From assembly GCA_965364815.1 (NCBI GenBank), contig CBDTZE010000001.1, positions 1-53,469 on the forward strand: a stretch of 53,469 nucleotides of DNA. The letters run 5' to 3'. Source of the stretch: an uncultured Nitriliruptoria bacterium (GTDB taxonomy: Bacteria; Actinomycetota; Nitriliruptoria; Nitriliruptorales; Nitriliruptoraceae). A program made the translations under genes and the position numbers. The notes under the pieces were generated by a model, which did no database searches, had not been told where the DNA came from, and worked only from the letters and a program-made list of their open reading frames with translations. Shown piece by piece: positions 43,017-52,139 of the stretch (position 1 is the first letter of the stretch; each line of letters starts with the position of its first letter).

Positions 43017-43454
43017 GTGGGAACCAGCATGCCAGCGATCGACGGATGGTTCTCGACGGGTGACCAGCCAGCGTTGTCGGGGGGCCGGTGCACCGAGTGC
43101 GGGACCTTCACCTTCCCGCGCCGTGAAGGCATGTGCCCCAACCCGCACTGTGACGGTCGTGAACAGGACGAGGTGGCGTTGAGTCGCCGGGCGACGGTCT
43201 GGTCCTATGCGACCAACCACTACGACCCGCCGCCGCCTGCGGTCGTCCAGGCTCCGTACACGGTCGTCGCGGCGACCCTGGCGGACGAGTCCATGACGGT
43301 GCTGGGCCTGTTGGCCCCGGACGCCGCCGTTGCGGACATCCGGGTCGGGACCGAGGTCGAGGTCGTCCTGCGTGATCTTCACGTCGATGACGAAGGTGTG
43401 ACCCGGACCATTTGGGCCTGGGCCCCCGTGGCCGCTGGCGAGGTGACGTCATGA
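43017..43454 (+). CDS. Zn-ribbon/OB-fold protein (DUF35 family)
   Basis: CxxC...CxxxxC ribbon (GRCTECGTFTFPRREGMCPNPHC) followed by an OB-like segment. GGAGGG before the GTG at 43017; an alternative ATG is at 43029. Confidence 0.8.
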   Translation: MGTSMPAIDGWFSTGDQPALSGGRCTECGTFTFPRREGMCPNPHCDGREQDEVALSRRATVWSYATNHYDPPPPAVVQAPYTVVAATLADESMTVLGLLAPDAAVADIRVGTEVEVVLRDLHVDDEGVTRTIWAWAPVAAGEVTS

Positions 43455-44659
43455 GCAACCGTGACGTCCTGGTCGCCGGCGCCGGCATGCACCCGTGGGG
43501 CAAGTGGGGCCGCAGCTTCGTCGAGTACGGCGTTGTCGCGGCACGCGCCGCGCTGCAGGAGGCGGGGATCGCCTGGACCGACGTGCAGTTCGTCGCCGGG
43601 GCCGACACGATCCGCAACGGCTATCCCGGCTACGTGGCAGGTGCCACCTTCAGCCAGGCCATGGGTTGGACCGGCGCGAAGATCTCGTCGAGCTACGCCG
43701 CCTGCGCCTCGGGCTCCCAGGCCCTGGACTCCGCCCGCGCCCGGATCATGGCCGGGTTGTGCGACGTCGCGCTGGTCGTCGGTGCCGACACCACGCCGAA
43801 GGGCTTCCTGGCGCCAACAGGTGGCGACCGCCCCGACGACCCGGACTGGCTCCGGTTCCGACTCATGGGCGCGACCAACCCGACCTACTTCGCCTTCGAA
43901 GCCCGGCGACGGATGGACCTCTACGGGATGACCGACGAGGACCTCGCCGCGGTCAAGGTGAAGAACTCGCGGGCCGGGGCGCAGAACCCCAATGCTCGCT
44001 ACCAGAAGGCGTTCACGGTCGAGGACGTGCTGGCCTCGCCCATGGTGTCCGATCCCCTGCGACTGCTGCACGTGTGTGCAACCAGTGACGGGGGAGCGGC
44101 CCTGGTCCTGGTCAGTCGCGAGTACGCCAAGCGTCACGGGATCGGCTCCGAGGCCCCGCGTGTCGCGGCGGTTTCCACGGCCACGCCGACCTACCCGAAC
44201 ACCAACGTGGAGATGCCCGACATCGCGACCGACTCCGCCGCGGTCGTTGCCGTCCCGCCCCGCCGGTTCCGACAGGACGTCGTCACCCAGGCGTACGAAG
44301 AAGCTGGGCTTGGCCCCGAGGACGTCTCCTTCGCCGAGGTCTACGACCTCTCCAGTGCGATGGAACTGTCCTGGATCGAGGACTGCGGTCTTGCAGCCGA
44401 GGGCGAGGCCGAGAAGCTCCTGCGGGCGGGTGACACCGCCATCGGCGGCCGCATGCCGGTCAATGCCTCAGGGGGACTGGGAGCGTTCGGGGAAGCCGTA
44501 CCGGCCCAGGCCATCGCCCAGGTGTGCGAGCTGACGTGGCAGTTGCGCGGCGACGCGGGGCCGCGCCAGGTCGCGGGGGCCAGGGTGGGCATCACGGCCA
44601 ACCAGGGATTGTTCGGGCACGGTTCCAGCGTTGTGCTCGTCAGGGACAAGCCCGCTTGA
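43451..44659 (+). CDS. Thiolase-fold lipid-transfer-protein (Ltp/SCP-x-like) enzyme
   Basis: MSNRDVLVAGAGMHPWGKW..., nucleophile context SSSYAACASGSQAL, C-terminal VNASGGLGAFGEAV. ATGA overlap with the DUF35 stop. Confidence 0.8.
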   Translation: MSNRDVLVAGAGMHPWGKWGRSFVEYGVVAARAALQEAGIAWTDVQFVAGADTIRNGYPGYVAGATFSQAMGWTGAKISSSYAACASGSQALDSARARIMAGLCDVALVVGADTTPKGFLAPTGGDRPDDPDWLRFRLMGATNPTYFAFEARRRMDLYGMTDEDLAAVKVKNSRAGAQNPNARYQKAFTVEDVLASPMVSDPLRLLHVCATSDGGAALVLVSREYAKRHGIGSEAPRVAAVSTATPTYPNTNVEMPDIATDSAAVVAVPPRRFRQDVVTQAYEEAGLGPEDVSFAEVYDLSSAMELSWIEDCGLAAEGEAEKLLRAGDTAIGGRMPVNASGGLGAFGEAVPAQAIAQVCELTWQLRGDAGPRQVAGARVGITANQGLFGHGSSVVLVRDKPA

Positions 44660-44709
44660 CTCGCCAGCACGTCACAAGCCAGCCAGCGACAAGAACGAAG
44701 AGGAACGCC

Positions 44710-45861
44710 ATGACCGAGGCCTACATCGTCGAAGCCGTCCGCACGCCCGTGGGTCGCCGGGGTGGGGGCCTCTCGGGGCTGCACACCGCGGACCTGGGTG
44801 CGCACGCCATCAAGGCGCTGATCGAGCGGTCGGGCGTCGACCCGGCTGCCGTTGACGACGTCGTCTGGGGCTGCCTCGACACGATCGGCTCGCAGGCGGG
44901 CAACGTCGGTCGGACCTCGTGGCTGGTCGCGGGCTACCCGGAGCACGTGCCCGGCGTGACGATCGACCGCCAGTGCGGCTCGTCGCAGCAGTCGGTGCAC
45001 TTCGCGGCCCAGGCCGTGATGTCCGGAACGCAGGACATCGTCGTGGCCGGCGGCGCCCAGAACATGTCGCAGTTCCCGATTGCCTCGGCCATGGTCGTCG
45101 GCAAGGAGTACGGGCACGAGACACCCTTCAGCGAGTCGCCAGGCTGGCAGGCGCGGTACGGCGACCAGCCCGTGTCGCAGTTCCACGGTGCAGAACTGAT
45201 CGCCGAGCAGTGGGGCATCTCCCGCGAGGAGCTGGACGCTTTCGCCTTCGAGTCCCACCAGCGCGCCATCCGCGCCATCGACGAGGGCCGCTTCAAGACG
45301 GAGATCGAGCCCATCGCCGGCGTCGACACCGACGAGGGGCCCCGCCGCGACACGACCCTGGAGAAGATGGCGTCGCTCAAGCCGCTCATGGAGGGCGGAC
45401 GGATCACGGCCGCCGTCGCCAGCCAGATCTCCGACGGCGCTGCCGCGCTCCTCATCGCAAACGAGGACGCGGTCAAGCGCCACGGCCTGACCCCTCGTGC
45501 CCGGATCCATCACCTGACCGTCCTCGGCGAGGACCCGATCAAGATGCTGTCGGCGCCCATCCCCGCCACGCGTCGCGCGCTGGAGAAGACCGGACTGACA
45601 CCCGATGACATCGACCTCGTCGAGATCAACGAGGCCTTCGCGCCGGTCGTCCTGGCGTGGCAGAAGGAACTTGGCTGGGACATGGACAAGGTCAATGTCA
45701 ACGGCGGCGCGATCGCGCTGGGTCACCCCTTGGGCGCCACGGGCGCCAAGCTGATGACGACGCTCCTGCACGAGCTGGAACGGACCGGTGGCCGCTACGG
45801 CCTGCAGACGATGTGCGAGGGTGGTGGCGTCGCGAACGTGACCATCATCGAGCGGCTCTGA
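44710..45861 (+). CDS. Acetyl-CoA C-acyltransferase (degradative thiolase, FadA-like)
   Basis: VTIDRQCGSSQQS (Cys nucleophile), EINEAFAPVVL, GHPLGATGA, MCEGGGVAN. Trimmed to the ATG at 44710. Confidence 0.9.
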   Translation: MTEAYIVEAVRTPVGRRGGGLSGLHTADLGAHAIKALIERSGVDPAAVDDVVWGCLDTIGSQAGNVGRTSWLVAGYPEHVPGVTIDRQCGSSQQSVHFAAQAVMSGTQDIVVAGGAQNMSQFPIASAMVVGKEYGHETPFSESPGWQARYGDQPVSQFHGAELIAEQWGISREELDAFAFESHQRAIRAIDEGRFKTEIEPIAGVDTDEGPRRDTTLEKMASLKPLMEGGRITAAVASQISDGAAALLIANEDAVKRHGLTPRARIHHLTVLGEDPIKMLSAPIPATRRALEKTGLTPDDIDLVEINEAFAPVVLAWQKELGWDMDKVNVNGGAIALGHPLGATGAKLMTTLLHELERTGGRYGLQTMCEGGGVANVTIIERL

Positions 45862-45869
45862 TCACCGAC

Positions 45870-47111
45870 GTGCCGACCTCGGCAGCGGATGCGGGCGGGG
45901 CCGGTCAGGCTCCGCCCGATCCGTTCGCCCCAGCGCAGCTCGGACCGATCCTCCTGCGCAACCGCATCGTCAAGGCGGCAACCCACGAGGGCATGGCGAG
46001 CGACGGCCAGGTCACCGATGCGCTGATCGACTTCCACCGCGCCCCGGCAGCCGGTGGTGTCGGGATGACGACGCTGGCCTACGTCTGTGCCTCGCCGGAG
46101 GGTCGGACCTACCGCAACCAGATCGTGGCCCAGGACGGGGCGCTGGCCGGGCTGCGTCGCCTGACCGACGCCGTGCATGCCGAGGGAGCGGCCGTCTCGA
46201 TGCAGTTGGGGCACGCGGGGTGGTTCGCCAACCCGGCAGAGATGCGCGCCCCAGCCGTTGGCCCGTCGAGCCTCCCCAATCCTCACACCTTCCGGCCCAC
46301 GAAGGCCGCCACCCCGCACGACCTCGCTCGCATCCGTGCCGACTTCCGGCGGTCGGGTGACGTGGCGCGCCGGGCCGGCTTCGACTCGGTCGAGGTCCAC
46401 ATGGGCCACGGCTATCTGCTGAGCCAGTTCCTGTCGCCGTTCACCAACCGGCGCCGCGATGCCTGGGGTGGCGACATCGAGGGTCGTGCTCGCTTCCCGC
46501 GCTCTGTCGTGTCGGCGGTCAGGGAGGGAGTGGGTCCCGACCTCGCCGTCACGGTGAAGCTCAACATGGAGGACGGCTTCCGCGGGGGGCTCACGGTCGA
46601 CGACGCCGTGCAGGTCGCCCGGTGGCTGGCGCAGGATGGCGGGGTCGATGCGATCCAGCTGACCGGTGGCTTCACCGCCCGCACGCCGATGTACCTGCTG
46701 CGCGGTGAACCCCTCCTGCCTCGCATCGCGGCGGGGGAGACCGACCCGGTCCGCAAGGCCGCCCTGCGCGTCGGGTCCCTCATCCTGCGCGAGGACGCCA
46801 CCTTCACGGAGGCCTATCTCCTGGCGACCGCACGGCGGTTCCTCGACGTGGGCCTGCCGCTGATGCTGCTTGGCGGCGTGACGCGTCGCGACACGATCGA
46901 ACAGGCCATGTTCGAAGGGTTCGCGTTCGTGGCCATGGCCAGGGCGTTGCTGCACGACCCCGACCTCGTCAACCGGATGTCCCGCGACGGGCTCGCCGCC
47001 TCCGGCTGCATCCCCTGCAACGGCTGCATCCTGGAGATGGAACTGGGCCACGGCGCCCAGTGCGTGCGCCGGCCCGTCGACCAGCGCCCCGGGATCACCC
47101 AACCGGCCTGA
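45870..47111 (+). CDS. NADH:flavin oxidoreductase (Old Yellow Enzyme family)
   Basis: ILLRNRIVKAATHEGM...GVGMTTLAYV...AVHAEGAAVSMQLGHAGW is an OYE TIM-barrel pattern. A GTG at 45870 lies 9 nt after the thiolase stop. The start is uncertain. Confidence 0.75.
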   Translation: MPTSAADAGGAGQAPPDPFAPAQLGPILLRNRIVKAATHEGMASDGQVTDALIDFHRAPAAGGVGMTTLAYVCASPEGRTYRNQIVAQDGALAGLRRLTDAVHAEGAAVSMQLGHAGWFANPAEMRAPAVGPSSLPNPHTFRPTKAATPHDLARIRADFRRSGDVARRAGFDSVEVHMGHGYLLSQFLSPFTNRRRDAWGGDIEGRARFPRSVVSAVREGVGPDLAVTVKLNMEDGFRGGLTVDDAVQVARWLAQDGGVDAIQLTGGFTARTPMYLLRGEPLLPRIAAGETDPVRKAALRVGSLILREDATFTEAYLLATARRFLDVGLPLMLLGGVTRRDTIEQAMFEGFAFVAMARALLHDPDLVNRMSRDGLAASGCIPCNGCILEMELGHGAQCVRRPVDQRPGITQPA

Positions 47112-47120
47112 CGTCCTTGC

Positions 47121-47735
47121 TCAGGGTGCGGTCCAACCCATGGACGTCAGCAGTTCGAAGGCCTGGGCCACGTCGAACTCGGGGTCGGTCAGGGCCATCT
47201 GTGTGAGGCCCACGGTCGCGCCGCTGAGCATGGCGGCCAGGACGTCCGCCGGGACCGCGAGTTCGATGCCCAATCGGTCGGCCAGGTCGCTCAGCAGCGT
47301 CGTGATGCGCTGCAGCGAGGCTCGCTGGTGCTCGGCGAGACGTTGGCCGGCGTCCTCGGATCGCTGGGCGTGGAGCCAGGCTTCCGCGTCCAGCAGTGCT
47401 CCGCGGCGACCGGGGCGCAGCATCTCGACCAGGCCGTCGGCGACCTGTTGCGTGAGTTCCTCGACGCCCCGTTCCGCGACGTTGTCGATGAGTGCTTCGA
47501 AGTGGGCGAAGCGTTCCTCGGCGCGATGGTCGACGACGGCGAAGAAGAAGTCGTCCTTGGACCCGAAGTGGTCGTAGATGGCGCCCTTCGTGTAGCCGGC
47601 GGCCTCGGCGACGTCGTCCAGCGAGGCGCCATGGAAGCCACGGCCAGCGAAGACCTCCGCCCCGGCCTGCAGGAGCGCGAGACGGGTGCGCTCGCGTCGG
47701 GCGGCACCTCGGGAGGCGGCGGGTGCATCGGGCAT
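47121..47735 (-). CDS. TetR-family transcriptional regulator
   Basis: RTRLALLQAGAEVFAGRGFHGASLDDVAEAAGYTKGAIYDHFGSKDDFF is a canonical TetR HTH region. Confidence 0.9.
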   Translation of the reverse strand: MPDAPAASRGAARRERTRLALLQAGAEVFAGRGFHGASLDDVAEAAGYTKGAIYDHFGSKDDFFFAVVDHRAEERFAHFEALIDNVAERGVEELTQQVADGLVEMLRPGRRGALLDAEAWLHAQRSEDAGQRLAEHQRASLQRITTLLSDLADRLGIELAVPADVLAAMLSGATVGLTQMALTDPEFDVAQAFELLTSMGWTAP

Positions 47736-47768
47736 CGGTGGCTCGTTGTGCGCTTGTGACTTGAAACA

Positions 47769-47802
47769 TACTGACGAGTAGGTAACCTACTGACCAGTAG
47801 GT
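47769..47802. promoter_or_regulatory. Two tandem operator-like repeats, TACTGAC(G/C)AGTAGGT
   Basis: 15-nt units at 47769-47783 and 47788-47802, 14 of 15 identical. Overlapping inverted repeats AGTAGGT-A-ACCTACT and CCTACTG-AC-CAGTAGG. Located in the 89-bp divergent TetR/hypothetical region. Confidence 0.6.
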
Positions 47803-47824
47803 CGAGTCCCGAAAGGACACGACG

Positions 47825-48967
47825 GTGCCAGTCAACCCCTCCCGGCACAGCGAAGGCGACAACATGACCCGCATCGGCATGGCGATCGATCCCGACAGGC
47901 TGCACGTGATGCAGCGTCGTCGCGGCCGCATTCGTCGAGCCGTCGAAGGTCTGATCGCCGTCTTTGCTGTGCTGCTCCTGGCCGGCAACGTCGTCCTCGT
48001 CGAGCAGCGCGGGGCGTCCACGGCTGTGGACGAAGCAGCGTTGTTGGCCGAGTTCTCCTCGCCGCCGTCGTCCGAGGCCGATGCCGACCCGGCATCCGTG
48101 GTCGCCGCTCCGGACCTGGGTGTCCCCGCCGTTGACGGCGAGGCCGGGCCGGCCACGGCAGGCGACGATGGCAAGACGCAGTCAGCCCAGGACACGGACG
48201 AGACCGTCGCTGACGACGGTTCCGCGACGCCTGCGGGCGAGCCCGCTGCCGGCGCTGCCGCGGAAGGCGACAAGCCGGGCTCGTCACCCGCAGCGCGCCC
48301 GAGTCCTGCGGAGGCCCCAGCGGCCCAGTCGCCGGCACCGCCCCCGCCCGCTGCCAAGGTCTTCGCCGTCCCGGCCCGTGGGGTCTATGCCTACGCCACG
48401 GAGGGTTGGGAGAAGATCTCCCTTGGCGGAGCACGACATGACTATCCGGAGCGCACCTTCGCGGTCATCGAGCCGAAGGGTGGTTGCGAGTGGACCTTCG
48501 ACCACCGCGTCCTCGAGGAGAAGCGCACGGTGAACACCTACTGCCACGAGGGCCCTGACCAGAGCGTCGTGGCCTACGACGGCTGGGTGACCTTCTTCGG
48601 CTCGACCGCGGAGTCGCACTACACGTGCACGGGGACGCGAGCCGATCGGCGGGACCAGCCCGGCGCCAAGCACCAGAGCCAGTGCACGGACGGCGACGCC
48701 ACCACGTCCGACGTCACGACCTACCTGGGACTCCAGGAGTTGGTCATCGGGGGGACGTCGGTTCGTGCCATGGCGTACTCGACGGACACCGTCATCAAGG
48801 GCTCGATCACCGGAACCAGCCACACCTCGGTGTGGCTCCGCCCCGAGGACGGTCTGCCCTTGCGCATCGAACGCGACACCGAGACCTCCACCTACGAATT
48901 CGGCACCGACGTGGACTACGTCGAGCACGCCGTCTTCATGGCCGAGTCGCTGGAGCCCCGTCGCTGA
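47825..48967 (+). CDS. Membrane-anchored protein of unknown function (single TM, disordered linker, Cys-containing C-terminal domain)
   Basis: GTG start with AAGGA upstream. TM helix LIAVFAVLLLAGNVVLV, about 130 aa of Ala/Pro/Asp-rich low-complexity linker, and a folded beta-rich C-terminal half. No family recognised. Confidence 0.6.
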   Translation: MPVNPSRHSEGDNMTRIGMAIDPDRLHVMQRRRGRIRRAVEGLIAVFAVLLLAGNVVLVEQRGASTAVDEAALLAEFSSPPSSEADADPASVVAAPDLGVPAVDGEAGPATAGDDGKTQSAQDTDETVADDGSATPAGEPAAGAAAEGDKPGSSPAARPSPAEAPAAQSPAPPPPAAKVFAVPARGVYAYATEGWEKISLGGARHDYPERTFAVIEPKGGCEWTFDHRVLEEKRTVNTYCHEGPDQSVVAYDGWVTFFGSTAESHYTCTGTRADRRDQPGAKHQSQCTDGDATTSDVTTYLGLQELVIGGTSVRAMAYSTDTVIKGSITGTSHTSVWLRPEDGLPLRIERDTETSTYEFGTDVDYVEHAVFMAESLEPRR

Positions 48968-50261
48968 CACGGACGGCGACCTGGGCATCGGCCTCTTCCT
49001 CGACGCGAGGCAGTCGGACCACGAAGGAAGCGCCGCCCAACTCGCCGCGCCGGACGTCGACGGAGCCGCCGTGGAGTTCGGCGAAGCGCGAGACCAGTGA
49101 CAGCCCGATCCCGGTGCCCGGCGATGGGCTGTGCGCGGAGTCGTGACCCTGGGCGAAGGGTTGGAACGCGCTGATCTCGTCGACGCCCTGGAGCCCTGGA
49201 CCGTCATCCTCGACCGTCACCTCGACGGCGGCGTCGTGACCAGCGACGGTGACGAGGATGCGAGTGCCCGGCGGCGTGTGCTTGGTGGCGTTGCCGACGA
49301 GGTTCTCCACAATGCGTTCGATCTTGCTGGCTTCGACCCTGATGACGACGTCGCCCTGGATCACGACGTCCACCTGGTGACGAGGAGTCGTGGTCTCGGC
49401 CACGACGGTGGCAACGAGTTCGCCGAGGTCGGTCTGGCCTCGCAACGGGGCGATGACCCCGCGCGAGATCCGATCGATGTCCAGCAGGTTCGTCAGCAGG
49501 ACGTCCAGTCGCGTCGCGTTGCGACCGACGCCGTCGAGCATCTCCGTTGTCTGCTCCGGGGTGAGCGTCCCCTGCCTCGCCCGCAAGGTCTCGATGTAGC
49601 CGACGACCCCGGTCAAGGGCGTGCGCAACTCATGGCTGACCGCGCGCAGGAAGGTGGTTCGGAGGTGGTCGAGTTCCTGGAGTTTCGCCACTGCCGCGTG
49701 CTCCGCCAGCAGCAGGTCGGTGTGCCGTCGACCCGCACGACCAACAAGTGCGCCGACGGCGGCGATCCCACCCGTCACCACGATCCAGTGAGCGACCGCG
49801 TTCGGCGTCCCGACGACCTGGAGAGCCGCCGCGTTCGCAGCGGCCGCCAGCAGCACCTGGGCGGCCGCCATCGGGGCGCGCAGGTAGTAGAAGCTGAACA
49901 TGCTGACGAAGGCGTAGAGCACGCTGAACGGAGCCGCGCCCTCGGGGCCGGAGGCAATCAGGGTCGCCGTGATGTTGGCCGTGCCGAGCAGGCAGAGAAG
50001 GGGGAAGACCCGTCGGGGGAGTCGGAGGCGTTCGGGCAGGCCAAGCAGGACTCCCGCGGCGGCGATGGCCACGGCGGTCGTCACGAGAAGCATCGCGCGG
50101 TTCATCTCCGGCCAGCTGCTCACGGCCAGCACGGCCACGATCAGGAGCCCGCCGGTCAGGAACAAGCCCCCGCCGACATGGTGCATGTCGCGCAGGAGCA
50201 GGCGGTCGATCTCGACGTCGGTCGAGACCCGGGCGTCGCCCGGAGATGGTGATGCGATCAC
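48936..50261 (-). CDS. Membrane sensor histidine kinase (no adjacent response regulator)
   Basis: About 5-6 TM helices, H-box VSHELRTPLTGVVGYIETL, LVGNATKHT, GTGIGLSLVSRFAELHGG. The start is uncertain: GTG 50261 chosen so the gene does not overlap the upstream one, with ATG 50186 as the alternative. The 3' end overlaps the convergent gene by 32 nt. Confidence 0.75.
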   Translation of the reverse strand: MIASPSPGDARVSTDVEIDRLLLRDMHHVGGGLFLTGGLLIVAVLAVSSWPEMNRAMLLVTTAVAIAAAGVLLGLPERLRLPRRVFPLLCLLGTANITATLIASGPEGAAPFSVLYAFVSMFSFYYLRAPMAAAQVLLAAAANAAALQVVGTPNAVAHWIVVTGGIAAVGALVGRAGRRHTDLLLAEHAAVAKLQELDHLRTTFLRAVSHELRTPLTGVVGYIETLRARQGTLTPEQTTEMLDGVGRNATRLDVLLTNLLDIDRISRGVIAPLRGQTDLGELVATVVAETTTPRHQVDVVIQGDVVIRVEASKIERIVENLVGNATKHTPPGTRILVTVAGHDAAVEVTVEDDGPGLQGVDEISAFQPFAQGHDSAHSPSPGTGIGLSLVSRFAELHGGSVDVRRGELGGASFVVRLPRVEEEADAQVAVRVSDGAPATRP

Positions 50262-50310
50262 GTGTGCCCCGTCGGCACGACGCGTCAGCAGGCAAGTGCC
50301 CCGTGGCCGA

Positions 50311-51387
50311 TCAGGCGGCTCCCTCGACCCGTGCGGAGGTGGCCGCCAGGCGGTGCAGGACACCCTCGGCCTGGGTGACGATCCTGGTGAGGAGCTCGTC
50401 GACCGTCGGCAGGTCGTCAATGACGCCAACCACTTGCCCGGACGACATGACGCCGAGGTCGGGGCGGCCGTCGACCATGGCGGCCTTGAGGAGCATCGGG
50501 GTGTTGGCGGCCATCAGGACCTGGCCCCAGGTGAGCTCGTGCGACTTCTTCATGGCCAGTCCCTCACGCAGCATGGCGCTGATCGGCGTGCCGCTGAGCT
50601 TGCGGAAGGCCAGGGCGTTCTGCAGTGAGCGGATCGCGCCGGCAACGTTCCCAGAAGCCTCGAGCTGCGCCACCAGTTCGGTCTTCAGGACGCGGTGGGG
50701 AACACCGTCGACCTTCGTGGTCCGGACCGTCTCGCCGACGGCACGGTCGAGGTAGAACGCCTTGACGGCCTCGGGGACCGTCGACTCCTTGGTCAGCAGG
50801 AAGCGCGTGCCCATGGCGATCCCGGACGCCCCGTACGCCATCGCGGCGACCAGGCCGCGGCCGTCGAAGTAGCCGCCAGCGGCCACGACGGGCACGTCCA
50901 CGGCATCGACAACCTGAGGAAGGAGCAGCGAGGTGGGGACGTCGCCGGTGTGGCCGCCGCCCTCGCCACCCTGGATGAGCACGGCGTCAACGCCCATGGC
51001 GGCGACCTTCTCCGCATGGCGACGCCGACCGATCGACGGCATGACGATGACGCCCGCGTCCTTGAGCCGGGCGATCAGGTCCGCCTTGGGTGCCAGCGCG
51101 AACGATCCCACCTTGACGCCCCTGTCGATGAGCAGGTCGATGCGCTTGCCGGCATCCGGGGCATCGGCGCGCAGATTGACACCGAAGGGCTTGTCCGTGC
51201 GAGCGAGGACCTCGTCAACGGCCGTTGCGAGCTGCTCGTAGGTCATCGTCGCGCCGGCGAGGATTCCCAGGCCGCCGGCCTCCGCGGTGGCGACGACCAG
51301 GCGTGGACCGGCGACCCAGCCCATGCCCGTCTGGACGATGGGATGCTTCACGCCGACCAGGTCGGTGAAGGCCGTGGAGATGGTCAC
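50311..51387 (-). CDS. Nitronate monooxygenase / NAD(P)H-dependent flavin oxidoreductase (Rv3553-like)
   Basis: VKHPIVQTGMGWVAGPRLVVATAEAGGLGILAG is a typical NMO N-terminus. GTGA overlap with the ipdB stop. Confidence 0.85.
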   Translation of the reverse strand: MTISTAFTDLVGVKHPIVQTGMGWVAGPRLVVATAEAGGLGILAGATMTYEQLATAVDEVLARTDKPFGVNLRADAPDAGKRIDLLIDRGVKVGSFALAPKADLIARLKDAGVIVMPSIGRRRHAEKVAAMGVDAVLIQGGEGGGHTGDVPTSLLLPQVVDAVDVPVVAAGGYFDGRGLVAAMAYGASGIAMGTRFLLTKESTVPEAVKAFYLDRAVGETVRTTKVDGVPHRVLKTELVAQLEASGNVAGAIRSLQNALAFRKLSGTPISAMLREGLAMKKSHELTWGQVLMAANTPMLLKAAMVDGRPDLGVMSSGQVVGVIDDLPTVDELLTRIVTQAEGVLHRLAATSARVEGAA

Positions 51388-52139
51388 GCGTCGGGCACTT
51401 CACGGAACCGCTTGCCGGACGGGTCCAGCCACGCCAGCAGTTCCAGTTCACGCTCAGACGGCGATCGGGTCGTGGGCACGTCGGCCGGGATGTCCAGGTC
51501 GAAGCCCGTGGCCGCAACGACGTCCGCGACCTCGACACCGGGGTGCGTGGACACCAGGCGCATGGTGCCGTCGGGACCCAACAGGTCCAGCACGGCGAGG
51601 TTGGTGACGACGGCGCGCAGTTCGTGGAAGTCACGGACGGCGGGCTCGGCGGCGGCACGGTCGGTCCCCAGGCCCGACACGAAGTCGACCTCGGAGACGA
51701 AGATCTTGGGGGAGTGGCCCGCGACCCAGTAGCTGGTCGTGTGGTTGGCGGTGTTCCCCGGGGCGCCGCGCGCCCCGAGCAACTGGACCTTCGGCTGCTT
51801 CCAGTCCCCGATGGCGGAGATGTTCTGGTTGCCGTGGGCGTCGATCTGGGTGGCGCCCATCATCACGTGGCGCGTGCCGGCGTTGACGACCGCGAAGACG
51901 TCGCGGAAGGGCAGCCAGCCCTCCTTCGTCTGTGAGGCCTCCTGGCCCAGCGGTGTCGGTCCGGTGAGGAACTGCGCCTCGCCGTCGGAGAGGAGCAGGT
52001 CGGGCTCGGTCGTGGACCACGCCAGCAACGCACCCAGTCGGGGCGTGAGTCCCATGGGGGAAATGACCCGTCCGCCGTCCCCGGCAAAGCAGTCGGCAAC
52101 CGCGGCGACGCAGACATCGGCCCGGCGGGGGGCGGTCAT
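51384..52139 (-). CDS. ipdB: CoA-transferase-fold beta subunit, IpdB-like (steroid ring C/D hydrolase subunit)
   Basis: Trimmed to the ATG at 52139 (MTAPRRADVCVAAVADCFAGDGG...). ATGA overlap with ipdA. Family and gene order match my recollection of M. tuberculosis Rv3552. Confidence 0.8.
   Translation of the reverse strand: MTAPRRADVCVAAVADCFAGDGGRVISPMGLTPRLGALLAWSTTEPDLLLSDGEAQFLTGPTPLGQEASQTKEGWLPFRDVFAVVNAGTRHVMMGATQIDAHGNQNISAIGDWKQPKVQLLGARGAPGNTANHTTSYWVAGHSPKIFVSEVDFVSGLGTDRAAAEPAVRDFHELRAVVTNLAVLDLLGPDGTMRLVSTHPGVEVADVVAATGFDLDIPADVPTTRSPSERELELLAWLDPSGKRFREVPDA

Noticed and set aside
50262-50310. KstR2 box (AnCAAGnnCTTGnT) near the ipdAB/NMO block, also checked at 53027..53060.
   Set aside because: Neither short intergenic segment contains a match. 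The relevant promoter would lie upstream of echA20, beyond the window edge.
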